DNA of 60,000 bases from Mobula hypostoma (Eukaryota), in assembly GCF_963921235.1 (NCBI RefSeq), contig NC_086097.1, forward strand, positions 144,958,001 through 145,018,000, read 5' to 3'. Numbering within the stretch: position 1 is the first letter of the stretch; the number at the start of each line of letters is the position of its first letter. Of this stretch, positions 25,015-37,436 are shown in pieces. The translations under genes were made by a program, and so were the position numbers. The notes beneath the pieces are model-generated. The model was given only the letters and a program-made list of their open reading frames with translations. It was not told the origin of the DNA and made no database searches.

Positions 25015-25830
25015 GGCTATTGACTTAAGAAGGAAGAAACTGGAGGTCCATGAGCCAGTGTTCTTTGAGGGATCAAAAGTGGAGAGGATCAGCAACTTTA
25101 AATTCCTTGATGCTTTCATTTCAGAGGATGTGATTATGCCAACACATAAATGCAATTACCAAGAACGCACAGCAGTGCCACTACTTCCTTAGAAGTTTGA
25201 AAAGATTTGCAATGACATCTAATACTTTGAGAAACTTCTATAGGTGTGTGTGGAGACTGGTTGCATCACAGCCCAGTATGGAAACAGCAATGTCCTTGGA
25301 CGGAAAATCCTACAAATGTAGTGGATACCGCCTAGTACATTAGGGTTAAAACTCTCTCCTCCAGTGAGCACATCTACACAGAGCACTGTTTCAGAAAAGC
25401 AGTATCCATCATCGGGACCAATACCATCCAAGCCATGCTCTCTTTTCGCTGCTGGCATCAGGAAAAGACACAGGAACCTCCAGACCCACATCACCAGGTT
25501 CAGGAACAGTTATTACACCCCCAACAATCAGGCTTTTGAACCAGTGGTGATAACTTCACTCGCCCCATCACTGAACTGTTCCCAGAACCTATGGACTCAC
25601 TTTCAAGGACTCTTCACCTCATGTGCTCGATATTTATTGCATTTTTTCTCTTCTATATTTGCACATTTTGTAGTCTTTTGCACATTGATTTGTTTGTCTG
25701 CACTGTCGTCTTTCATTGATTCTATTATGGTTCTCGGATTTGCTGAGTACACCCTCAAGAAAATAAAGCTCAGCGTTGTGTATAGTGACATATACCTGGA
25801 TAATAAATTTACTCTGAACTTTGAACTTTT
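25015..25830 (+). mobile_element. Rex1/Babar LINE 3' fragment
   Basis: Decayed FKFL, TRFRNSYY motifs; AATAAATTTACTCTGAACTTTGAACTTT tail. Confidence 0.8.
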
Positions 25831-26794
25831 GATATTACGGGAACTATGAGGTGATCTATTTTGGGGAAAATCTACCCTATGCCTTCCTTTCCTTTAGCAC
25901 ATTAGATCATAATAAGCAAATTTCTTGCTAAATCTTGTGAATTGTACTTGCGGTTTGCAGCTGCTTGTGGGTTACCCCTCGGACTATGTTAGTCATTGAT
26001 GCAAGTGACACATTTCACTGTATGTTTTGATGTGCAGAGGATAAATGAAGCTAATCAGATCTTCATCTGCAGCCCTTCATAAACATAGTTAGATTTGGTG
26101 GGTGCATGAAAGCTCCTTAGAAGATAAAAAGTAAAGTCATTACTCCCTTTTGTAAATACTAATTGTAAATGGTTGAATATCTTTGTCCATTCATAGCTGG
26201 ATGATCTCCTACAGTTTTCGTGGTAGTCAATTAACCACCGTGAAGCACGCTGTCTATTCTGGTGCATGAAATCTGGCACATAGAAGACGTGGTGTGAGAG
26301 GCCCATCCAGGCCATGTCATGATCTTACAGCTACCTATCAATCTGAAAGTGCAGAAGCCTGAAGTCCCACAGCACCAGACTCAAGACCAGCTACTTCCCT
26401 TCAACCATCCAGTTCTTGAACCAGCCGACACAGTCCTAATTACCACCTTCCGTGTGGCAACACTATGACCACTTTAGCCACTTGCACTAACTCAGTGTGA
26501 CCACTTTGAACAGGTTGCACTTTTTTTTGGTTCTATCTAGTTCCTTCTTGGATAATTTTATATCATTTATTTTTTCTCATGACTATTGTGTATCTTATAG
26601 AGTGTGACGGTAATGCTGCTGCAAGTAAGTTTTTATTGTACCTGTGTATTCATGTAATTGTGTATATGACAATACATCTGACCTTGACTTTGCGCTCGAG
26701 CGTATAGTGGATACCTACACGGTCACAGAGAGAACATGCCATCTCCACAGGGACAGCACCCACGATCAGTATAGAACATTTGTGGTCACAGGAA

Positions 26795-27640
26795 GACATA
26801 CAGGAGTGAGATAGATCAGCTAGTTGAGTGGTGTCACAGCAACAACCTTGCACTCAATGTCAGTAAGACCAAGGAACTGATTGTGGACTCCAAAAAATGT
26901 AAGATGAGCGACATATACCAGTCCTCATACAGGGATCAAAAGTGAAGAGAGTAAGCAATTTCAAATTGGGTGTCAGTATCTCTGAGGATCTAACATGGAA
27001 CCAACATATCAATGCATCCAGAAAGAAGGCAAGACAATGGCTGTATTTCATTAGAAGTTTAAGGAGACTTGGTATGTCACCAAAAACACTTGCAAATTTC
27101 TACTGATGTACAATGGAGAGCAGGCTAACTCTGGTGAGTGCATCACAGTCTGGTATTGGGGTGGGGGCAGGGTCTGGCTACTGCACAGGATCAGAGTAAG
27201 CTGAAAAGAACTGTAAAATTATTCAGCTCCATCATGGGCGCTGTCCTCCGTAGTATCCAAGACATCTTCAAGGAGCGGTGCCTCAAAAAGGCAGCATCCA
27301 TCACTAAGGACCCCCATCACCCAGGACATGCCCTCTTCTCATTGCTACTATCAGGAAGGAGGTACAGAAGCCAGAAAGCATGCACTCAATGATTCAGGAA
27401 CAGCTTCTTCCCCTCTGCCATCTGATTTCAGAATGGACATTGAACCCATGAACACTACCTCACTACTTTTTTATTTCTCTATTTTTGCACTACTTTTTTC
27501 TCTCTCTCTGTTAATGTGTATTGCATGGATTTACTTATTTATATTTTCTATATTATCATGTATTGTATTATACCACTGCCGCAAAGTTAACAAATTTCAC
27601 GACATATGCCGGTGATATTAAATCTGATTCTGATTCTATT
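26795..27640 (+). mobile_element. Rex1/Babar LINE 3' fragment
   Basis: WCHSNNLALNVSKTKELIVD, RCLKKAASITKDPHHPGHALFSLLLSGRRYRS; (GATTCT)n tail. Confidence 0.85.
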
Positions 27641-28244
27641 GCATTGGGGCAGCAAATCTACTGGATCACCCACTGAGCTATTCCACTATGCATTAATAAT
27701 TCAAGTGCTCAAATATCTCTTATATGTTTCAAATAATTAAAAAAATAATAATTACTTTTAAAATAACTAAAACTAAAAATTTTAAACATAAAAAGTACGC
27801 TAACCTGATTAAATGAAATAAAGCAAAATAAGCTGAAAATACTAACTTGGACTTATTTTTAGAAGAATATAGGTGACTCTGTGCAGTTGTCAAATTATTC
27901 CTTTAGCCATAGAACTCAGAACAAGTTCAAACTGCTGCAGAGCTCAGTGGCCATGCAGGGAAGGAATGGGAGGTGCGGTGTGCTGGCACCTGACGTCTAG
28001 CACGTTGCTGAATTCTATGTTGCAAACCCCACGTGTGGAAGGTGAAGATATATTTAGCACTGGAGGGCCAATGGACAGCAAATCCCCATAGAATAGCACC
28101 TCAAACTGTAACTCAATCAAGTCAAAACTTGCTTTATTAGAGTTGCACCCACAAAATGCTGGAGGAACTCAGCAGCTCAGGCAGCATCCATGGAAAGAAA
28201 TAAACAGTTGATGTTTTGGGCCAAGACCCTTCATCAGGACTCGT

Positions 28245-29870
28245 CTATTCCTGGCAAATAACCTTTCCCTCAATATCAATGAAACAAAGGAGATGGCTAT
28301 CGACTTCAGTGGAATTCACATCAACTCACACCCCTCTTTACAGCAGCAGTACAGCAGTAGAAACTGCAAGCAGTTTCAAATTTGTGGCAGTGCACATCTC
28401 GCATTTCAAAACATTTTCTCCACAGTCAAGAAACCTCACAGACGCAACTACTTCCTGAGGAGGCTGTAGAGATCTGGACTATGCACATTCTTCTACAGGT
28501 GTGCAGTTGAGAGCATCCTAACAGGTTGTGTCACTGAATGGTATGGAAACTGCACTGAAGGATCTACAGCGGGAGGTCAAGACTGCCCAGCACATCATCA
28601 GCACCAACCTACCTGCCATCAAGACTGTATATGGAGAAAGGTGCCGGAAAAGGACCAGTAACATCATTCCAGCCACCCTGCTCATGGACTGCTTGTCCCA
28701 CTCCCATCAGGGAGGAAGCTCCGTGGCACCCACACCAGGAATAGTAGTTCAAAGTAAAGAAGTTCAAAGTCAAAGTTCGAGGTAGATTTATATCAATGTA
28801 CGTATAAATTATACAACCTTGAAATTCATCTCCTTACAAACAGCCACAAAACAAGGAACCTCAAAGAACTCGTTAAAAAAAGACCCAATGCGCAGAGACA
28901 CTAGTCACGCAAACAATAAAAGTGAACAACAGCATTCAGAACGAAAGTGAGTTCATAGACACGAAGCCCAGAGCAGCTGGAGTGGGCCTGCAGCCTCAGC
29001 CTCAGTTCCCATCACACAGCAGACCAAATCAGTGCATAGCAGATGGATCTGGCCACATCCTCAGCCTCAGTGCCACAGGGAGTGCAGTAAATGTTGTGGA
29101 GCATTGAGCAGAACAGGCCTGACCCTTGCTGCCAGCCCCAACACCCTGTCTTTCCTATCCATCCAGCCCAGTGTTTAAATCATTCCAAACAGCAGGTCAT
29201 CCTTTGCACTAGGGCCTGGGCCCTGTCACATCGATACGCTCTGGGCCTGGACCCTACCGCCAAGTTCCAGCCCCTACCTGACCTCTCCAAAACAGCCTGG
29301 TGCTTAGATCGATCAATCCTTTCGATTTAGGTGAACAAGTTCTGAAGCTCCTCCACTTTGCACACCCCAACTCGATCTCAACCATGTCTCGACCTCACTC
29401 TGACCACTTGCTTGCCTCTTCATTGTTTGCAGCGGCCGTTTGCCACAGTTTTCCGCAGAAAAAGTGTCACTAATAAAGAAGTTAGTTGTATTTCTTGCGT
29501 CATGAACCCCCAGTAAATTGTTGCCCATCTTCAGTAGCGCCATCTTAAACCAGACTCAAAAACAATTACTTTCTCTGAGCAGTAAAACTGATGAACACCT
29601 CCACCCATTAACCCACCACCACTACTTTATCATTTCCTGTCAGAGTCATTTTATGCAGCGACATTCCAGTGCCTAGCATCACATTATGGGCATAAAGTCA
29701 ATCTATGTACATAAGCTATCTTATTTATTTATATGTCTGTCTTTGTTTTTATTATTGTATTGTTAATCTTTTGTATTTTTTTGTGTGCTGCATCAGATCC
29801 AGAGTAACAACTATTTTGTTCGCCTTTACACCTGTGTACTGGAACTGACATTAAGCAATCTTGATCTTGA
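28245..29870 (+). mobile_element. Rex1/Babar LINE 3' fragment split by a nested element
   Basis: SSFKFVAVHIS, LQREVKTAQHII; sequence resumes at ~29548 (CCAGACTCAAAAAC). Confidence 0.75.
28745..29546 (-). mobile_element. Non-autonomous retroelement with AAGATGGCGC 5' end and Rex-type tail
   Basis: Minus strand starts AAGATGGCGCTACTGAAGATGG and ends (TTTGAAC)n; interrupts a Rex copy. Confidence 0.6.
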
Positions 29871-29874
29871 ATTT

Positions 29875-30015
29875 CCACCAAAAGTGAATCATTCACTCAA
29901 AATTGCATGAAAGCATCATCCTGGATGATATGCTCAGATCTCTAGGGTGGAATTTAAAACCATGACTTCCTGACTCAGAGCCCTGAGTTCTCTCTCTGTA
30001 TCAGCGTTGGCACAT
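29875..30015 (-). mobile_element. DeuSINE-type tRNA-derived SINE head remnant
   Basis: Minus strand CTCTGAGTCAGGAAGTCATGGTTTTAAATTCCACCCTAGAGATCTGAGCA. Confidence 0.45.
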
Positions 30016-30110
30016 TCATAAACCTCATTGTGCTTTCTCGGATGAGTGTAGGTTTCCTCACACTTTGTCTTACTGCCACTGCAACAGGTTAACTACCTGA
30101 CATAAAAATA

Positions 30111-30704
30111 CGAGTGGTGATTTGATAAGTGCATGGCCTAGGGTAGGAGTCAATTTTAGAAAACCTAGCACATTTATTTTTCACCATAGTCCCCTCCTAC
30201 ATGTACACACTTAGTCCAGCGGTCGTGGAGCATACGGATCCTTCTTTGTAGGTCCACAGCAGGGGTGATTGATAAGTTCATGGCCTAAGGTTGAAGGAGA
30301 TGAGTTATTAACTTCAAACTTTCTGCATTATCACTCAAAGAGTTGAACTGCACGTGCATGTAACGAGAGTGTCTTGCACCTCCAGATGGTCCACAGCAGA
30401 GGTGATTGATAAGTTCGTGGCCTAAGTTAGAAGGAGATGAGTTATACAGCTCTCATTATATGCACGTGCAGTCCAACTCTGAGTGAAAATGCAGAAAGTT
30501 TGAGGTTAGTAACATGTCCTTCTACCTTAGGCTACGAACTTATCAATCACCCCTGCTGTAGACCACTTCTACAAAGAAAGGATCCGTATGCTCCATGACT
30601 AAGTGTGTACATGTAGGAGGGGACTATGTTGAAAAATAAATGTGCTAGGTTTTCTAAAATTGACGCCCTCTACCTTAGGCCACGAATTTATCAATCACCC
30701 TTCG
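30111..30704. mobile_element. Palindromic Tc1/mariner-type MITE
   Basis: TA at 30109-30110 and 30705-30706; termini CGAGTGGTGATTTGATAAG / TTATCAATCACCCTTCG; ~255-bp inverted arms. Confidence 0.9.
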
Positions 30705-30779
30705 TAAAACACAACAATTCCAGAAATATGCAGCAGGTCAGACAGCGCCATTGGAGGGTGAAACAGAGATAATGTTTCA

Positions 30780-32080
30780 TGTCCAAGTTTAATACAGACA
30801 AGTGTGAGGTATTGCACTTTGGAAGGACAAACCAAGGTAGAACATACAGGGTAAATGGTAAGGCATTGAGGAGTGCAGTAGAACAGAGGGTTCTGGGAAT
30901 ACAGATACAAAATTCCCTAAAAGTGGCATCACAGGTAGATAGGGTCATAAAGAGAGCTTTTGGTACATTGGCCTTTATTCTACTCTAAAGATGAAGCCAC
31001 ACTCAGGTTGGAGGAGCAACACCTTATATTCTGTCTGGGTAGCCTCCAACCTGATGGAATGAACATCGATTTCTCTAACTTCCGCTAATGCCCCACCTCC
31101 CCCTCGTACCCCATCTGTTACTTACTTTTATACACACATTCGTTCTCTCACTCTCCTTTTTCTCCCTCTATCCCTCTGAATATACCCCTTGCCCATCCTC
31201 TGGGTTCCCCCCCCCTTGTCTTTCTTCCCGGACCTCCTGTCCCATGATCCTCTCGTATCCCTTTTGCCAATCACCTGTCCAGCTCTTGGCTCCATCCCTC
31301 CCCTTCCTGTCTTCTCCTATCATTTTGGATCTCTCCCTCCCCCTCAACTTTCAAATCTCTTACTCACTCTTCCTTCAGTTAGTCCTGACGAAGGCTCTCA
31401 GCCTAAAACGTCGACTGCACCTCTTCCTAGAGATGCTGCCTGGCCTGCTGCAATCACCAGCAACTTTGATGTGTGTTGATTGAGTATAAGAGCTGGAATG
31501 TTATGATGAGGTTGTATAAGGCATTGGTGAGGCCGAATCTGGAGTATTGTGTTCAGTTTTAGTCACCAAATGTATTAATAAGGTTGAAAGAGTGCAGAGA
31601 AGGTTTACAAGGATGTTGCCGGGACTTGAGAAACTCAGTTACAGAGAAAAGTTGAATAGGTTAGGACTTTATTCCCTGGAGCGTAGAAGAATGAGGGGAG
31701 ATTTGACAGAGGTATATAAAATTATGATGGGTATAGATAGAGTGAATGCAAGCAGGCTTTTTCCACTGAGGCAAGGGGAGAAAAAAAACCAGAGGACATG
31801 GGTTAAGGGTGAAGGGGGAAAGTTTAAAGCGAACATTGGGGGGGCTTCTTCACACAGAGAGTGGTGGGAGTGTGGAATGAGCTGCCAGACGAGGTGGTAA
31901 ATGCGGGTTCTTTTTTAACATTTAAGAATAAATTGGACAGATACATGGATGGGAGGTGTATGGAGGGATATGGTCCGTGTGCAGGTCAGTGGGACTAGGC
32001 AGAAAAAGGTTCGGCACAGCCAAGAAGGGCCAAAAGGCCTGTTTCTGTGCTGTAGTTTTTCTATGGTATTTCTATGGTTC
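30780..32080 (+). mobile_element. CR1 LINE 3' fragment interrupted by a Penelope-like fragment
   Basis: FNTDKCEVLHFG...ERVQRRFTRMLPG; TTCTATGG tail. Confidence 0.9.
30980..31478 (+). mobile_element. Penelope-like element 3' fragment with hammerhead motif at 31381-31416
   Basis: Homologous to 3171-3715; AGTC-CTGACGA-AGGCTCTCAGCCT-AAAA-CGTC-GACT. Confidence 0.8.
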
Positions 32081-32934
32081 CAAGGATTGGTCATCACTTG
32101 GAGTTGAAAGCAGTCTGAAGTTACAGCAAGTAGTGGGAATGGATTGAGAAAAGCAATAGAAAGCTTGTTGCATGTTGGGACCAAAAGAAATTAAGTGATA
32201 TGTGCAGATGGGGGTAAGATAAAGATGGTGGACAAGTTCATAGTCCAGAGAAGATGTAAGTGGAAGGAAATTGAATGAAATCTGAACTGTCAGATAAAAA
32301 TAATAACCGAAATTTGAGATACAAGACTGGAGCTGCTAAATATCTGAAAGTATTGAATCTGATTTTGAATCCTGAAGGATGTCATATGCTTTGAACTACT
32401 AAGTATTTCCAGTGTTTCCTGATTTCATTTCCAATATCTACAACCACCTGCTTTTAGAGGCAGAGGCTGCTGAAAGTTACATCCCTCTTGTAATCTTCTG
32501 CCTTCCACAACACTTGCTGCAATGCGCCACCAATGACCCCTACACCTGAGTTTGAGGAAATATTAAATCGCTCGTATTACTCAGTTCTGTGATGAACTAC
32601 AAAATCCTTTCTCTAATGAAAGGTTGAAAAGCAGCTTAATTTGACCATACAGCTGCAAAAATTTTGCATGATTAAGTCTTTAGTGAGAATAATAAAAAAA
32701 TTTAATTTTTACATTCTTCACAATCCTCCATTTGATACTACGTAAAAAAGCAAGCAAATGTTTCCTGTAACAATTGTTAAATCATACTCTTTCTCAATTT
32801 CTTATTGAAATAATTAAGTAGAAGAAAACATGGCCCTTTAATAGCAAACAGGATGATTCTCTATCATGGTGCCAAGCTGTAGTATTGAGAGTACTGTCCT
32901 TTCCTTAATCCCTTTTAATTAGCAACTGACTTAC

Positions 32935-33100
32935 TTCTCGAAGACTGCGGTTCTGTTTACAGTTTCTCACGAGGGCAGATGTAAGGCTCACCAAAGTGCG
33001 TTTGTGTGTTTAAGAATCGGATCATAACACTTGTTTCATGGCTTTTGATGGATGTCAGCATATTTTTCTTTCAGTAATACGAGACTTTGGGGATTGCGCT
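32935..33100 (-). other. Candidate host exon in non-repetitive DNA (unverified)
   Basis: Long polypyrimidine tract + AG before 33100 and GTAAGT after 32935; reads RNPQSLVLLKEKYADIHQKP*; locally CpG-rich. Confidence 0.3.
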
Positions 33101-33484
33101 CTTACCGAAGGAGAGAAATAGAGGGACAGGGAAGAAAAAGAAAGGCATTGCCTTCTGGAAATAATTGGGAATGTCGTCATATCAGCAGAACGTCCAGGGT
33201 CGCTAATTGGGAGAGAAGTGTTTTCAGATGTCAGTTAGGACTGGCATTTGCTGTTGCCTAGATTATATTTGTAGGAAAATGTTCAGTATGTAGTATATCT
33301 GGTAGCTATGAACAATGAAGATGGGGGTGGATTGGTGGGGGGGGAGTATGTTGGGAGTGGAATGTAATGGAACTGCCTCCAGGTACTCTGTTGGCAAAGA
33401 ATACAAAATCCAGTGGTATAATATCAATTGAAGGCATACTCACCCTGAGACTAGAAACAAACAAGATAGATTGGAGGATGTACA

Positions 33485-33770
33485 GGGAGGCACAATGGTG
33501 CCACAGCAGTTAGTACTGGGGTTCTGGGTTCATTCCTGACTCTGTGAGTCCGTAAGACCATAACACAGAGGAGCAGAGTTCAGCCATTTGGCCCATTGAC
33601 TCTGCTCCACCACCCCATCATGCCTGATGTGTTATCCCTCTCAAGGGAATGTGATCTTGCACATATTTGCCATGACTGTGTGTCTCCCCAGTCCTCCAGC
33701 TTCTTCCTGTATTTCAAAGACATATTGGTACAGTAGGTTAATTAACCCCTTAGCATAGATTAATGCCAAA
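33485..33770 (+). mobile_element. V-SINE/HE1-type SINE remnant with a small CR1 tail insert
   Basis: GGCACAATGGTG..TGGGTTCATTCCTGAC tRNA-like head; CTCCAGCTTCTTCC..CAAAGAC..AGGTTAATT. Confidence 0.5.
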
Positions 33771-36569
33771 AAAAGGGGGCTGAGAGAGAATAATTAGAAT
33801 GATAGGAGTACAGGAAAATGAGGAGAATAAAACTAGTTGCATTGCTCTGCTGAGAGCTGGCATGAACCCAAAGGGCAGAAAAGTCTCCTTCTATATTGGT
33901 ATGGGATTGTGCTCCTTAGGCAAAGTAAGATTACAGGAAAATTTAACAGGAGTGCTGAGTTTTAAGAGCTAGAATACTTTATCAAAACATGGATGCTTCC
34001 TATGAAGCAGAGTCTGCAATGTTTAAAGTAAAACAAAAGGCTAGCAATTAAGACAATTTAAACCAACATTACAGCCTCCCTGCTGAAAGATCCGTCAATT
34101 TAACTGGGACAGTGACGAGGATATTACAGGGAAGGTCAATGAGAGTAAAGCACAGCATTAAAAACAGGAATCACTAGATAGAGACGAGGACCAACATCAC
34201 TGGGCAGAAGAAAAACACAAAATACCAAAGCGAAGAATTAACTTCGGGTCTCGGCCCAAAACGTCAACTGTTTATTTCCATCCATAGATGCTGCCTGCTG
34301 AGCTCCTCCAGCACATTGTGTGTATTGGTCTAGATTTTCAGGATCTGCAGTACCTTTTGTGACTAAGAATTAACTCCTGACTTGTTTAAAACTATGCTAA
34401 GTTATAGCTAGATCAGTGAAGATCCAGAAACTCTAATTAACATTGTACACAGTGGTATCCCATCTTTATGCATGCATGTTATAATATTTAAAATAGTTCG
34501 GTAGTGGGAGTGAAGAATGTTTTCCCACAAAGCCACTGTAAATTTGTCGAATAACTACAAATAATTGAGTGAATCTATTATTTTCCTTAAAACAGAAAGG
34601 ATTAAGGGAGATTTCACAGAGGTTTAAAAGTAATGATGGATTTTGATCGAGAAGATAAGGACAAACCAGGTTGGGAGTGGAGGGATTCAAATTTGTTTGC
34701 CAGTGCTAAATATGCCGGCCATCAGTTGTACTCACCTGTGTATGTTTAGATCTATTGATTTAAAGCTATTGACTTTGGCAACAAAGCATAACTTTCTGCC
34801 AAACTCCTTCTACAAATGGAAGATTAATCTCCAGAGGCCCAAGAATTAAGATAACTGGCAAAAGGACCATGAAGCAGATGAGGAAATTTTTTTCATATAA
34901 CAAATTGCTCTGATTTAGAATGCACTACCAGACAGTGAGGAGAACATAGATTAACTACTACTTTTTTTAAAAAGATTTGGATTAAAAAAACTAGAAAATG
35001 AAACAATTGAAGGGAAACAGGAAATAAAAGAGACATACTGAATGACTCTTACCACAGGCAAAAAGGCAAAATGTCCTTTTTGATGTGTGATCTAAAAATA
35101 TTTGTGTATCTCACATCACTTAAATACAAATTAATATGTTATCACATTGGTGTAGAAGGGAATATGTTGCATGGAAAGTAGCTATATTTCTTCACATCAC
35201 TTTTTTTATTGTTCCAATTGTGTTCTTGCTTGCAAAAATTCTGTTTTACTTACGTTTTTCTTGCGAATGCTGCTCTATTTGCTGCGATGCTGGTGCAAGT
35301 ATTTCATTGCACATCTGCATACATGTGCTTCTCAACATTGACTTTGACTTTGACTTCAAATATATTTTTTTGTTGGTCCCTTTGGGATATGTATGGGTCA
35401 TGGAAGATGCTATATATATTGAAATCATTTCCCCTACATTTCAAGGAAAGAAATGCATGGGCAAGGTTTTTAATAAAGGTCTCCATTCTAACCCTAGGGC
35501 TGTGGGAGATGTTACAGAATCGTATTGACACATTGGGTGAGGTACGGACACAGAACAAATCAGGATGGCTCTGTTCCACACAGCATGCTCAATTACCACA
35601 CCAAGTTAGATAAGTGGCAAATTTTTCAATTGGTGTAAACATCTCTTTGTTATTACTGTGAGAACTGCCAGAGGCTACTGCAGGAGTGCTGTGGGATTTG
35701 TCTTGGGAGTGAGTGTGTGTGTCCCAGTGTGACAGATCGGCAGCTGGAGTGTGTGCACTGCATCCCCAGGCTGAGAGTGAAGTCATGAAATAACTCGAGA
35801 GCAGGGACACCAGCCAACAGCCTGCAGTACATTATTGACTTGCAGCAGGGGAAAAGACTGCAGGCGAATTATTGGAAAACACGCAGCCTTAAGACACTGT
35901 GGAGGTTAAGCTGTAACCCACATCTGACAGAGGCACACTGCAGCCTGAAAACATGAAGGGCTATTAAAGGAAAATACAGATGGTTGACCTTCATAAGTTA
36001 ATATGCAGAGAATGCATTCAGATCTGGACAGTGTACCTCAGAAAAGATACCCCTTGGAGAGGGTACAGCGCAGGCACTCCAAAAATTGTACCCAAGGCTA
36101 TGTTATGTCAACAAATCTAAACTTGGCTTGTATTGCTATGAGTTTCAATGGTTGAACAGTCGAACAGTGATATAATCAAGGTGATTAAAGAATAAAACAA
36201 TAGGATAGACATAGAGAAACTACTTCCTTCTTAAAAAAAAGCATCATTATACTAAAATTGGAGTCAGGCAATTTAAGAGTGAGCTCAGCATGTACAGTCA
36301 TTTCATATAAAGACACTTTTCACTCTCACAAAGGGCCGTGGATATTGAACAAACTGAATTTTTTAACACTGCAATGAATAAACTTTTCTTTTTGGATTGG
36401 GTTAACAAGAAAATTATAGCAAAGACAAATGACTGCAGTTGAACACAGATGAACAATGATTTAACCAAAAGCTGGATCAGACTTAACTCCCGTTTCTATG
36501 TTTCTATGAAGTCTGTTAGAAAATAATGAATGGTGAATGCTGTTGGATCTGCAGATTTATCCATTCTTA

Positions 36570-36915
36570 CCAGTAATGGGGACTGCAGTTCTGTATAAAT
36601 GGTACAGTGTCACTGTTCTCTATAAAATAAACAAATATTTTTCTATAATTATGATGTCTGTAAAGTCTTTATGAATGTTCTCTATAATACATTATGATGT
36701 CTGCTGTTCTCTATAATAAATTTAGGATCTTTTTCTATAATATAGGGGGCCTACTATTATTTTAATCTAAGTAAGTTTTGCTATCATGCTATTCATAGCA
36801 TCAACTATTGCACAAATTACATTCAGGGTCTGACTATTATATATTATTACATAATAATGCCATATTATTTACAGGATCTGCATTTTTCTATAATAGATAC
36901 CAAGTCTGTTATTCT
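36570..36915. repeat. Degenerate AT-rich minisatellite (TTCT(C)TATAA-based, ~25-30 bp period)
   Basis: Recurrent TTCTCTATAA / TTTCTATAAT / GATGTCTG / GGATCT motifs. Confidence 0.55.
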
Positions 36916-36999
36916 CCGATCTATCAGACTGTGGCTGAAATACTGTACAATCCAACTTTTTCCTCAACTTTCCTCCATACTCTCTGATGGGACATACAG

Positions 37000-37435
37000 T
37001 AGAATAGAAAAGGACGGGAACCGGCTCTTCAGCCCAGACATCTGTGATGACCGGGACAACGACTTAAACTAATACTATTAGCCAAAGCAGGTCTTTATCC
37101 CTCTATTCCTTTCTCATTCGTATGCCCATCTAAACGCCTCCTTAATATTGTTGTTGTTTCTGCTTCTAACACTTCTCTTCGCAGCACGTTTCAGGGTACC
37201 TACCACTCCCCCTGTAAAAAACTTGCCTCAAAAATCTCTAAACTTTCCCCCTCACCTTAAGGCTAGGTCTGGTTATCCAAGGAAAATATCAAGTTTGTCC
37301 ACGTTTCCTTATAGCTAATACTCTCTAATCCAGGCAACATCCTAATGAACTTCCTCTGCACCCTCTCCAAAGTTGCCACATCCTTCCTGTAATGTACTGA
37401 CTAAAAATGCACACAATCATCCAAAAGTGACTGAA
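37000..37435 (-). mobile_element. CR1 3' fragment, decayed
   Basis: Reverse complement of LERVQRKFIRMLPG-type sequence and CR1 tail. Confidence 0.7.
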
Positions 37436-37436
37436 G

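Noticed and set aside
35136..35613. Two overlapping 130-134 aa hydrophobic ORFs
   Set aside because: They span a T-rich Rex-type tail (TTGACTTTGACTTTGAC) and have no recognisable domain
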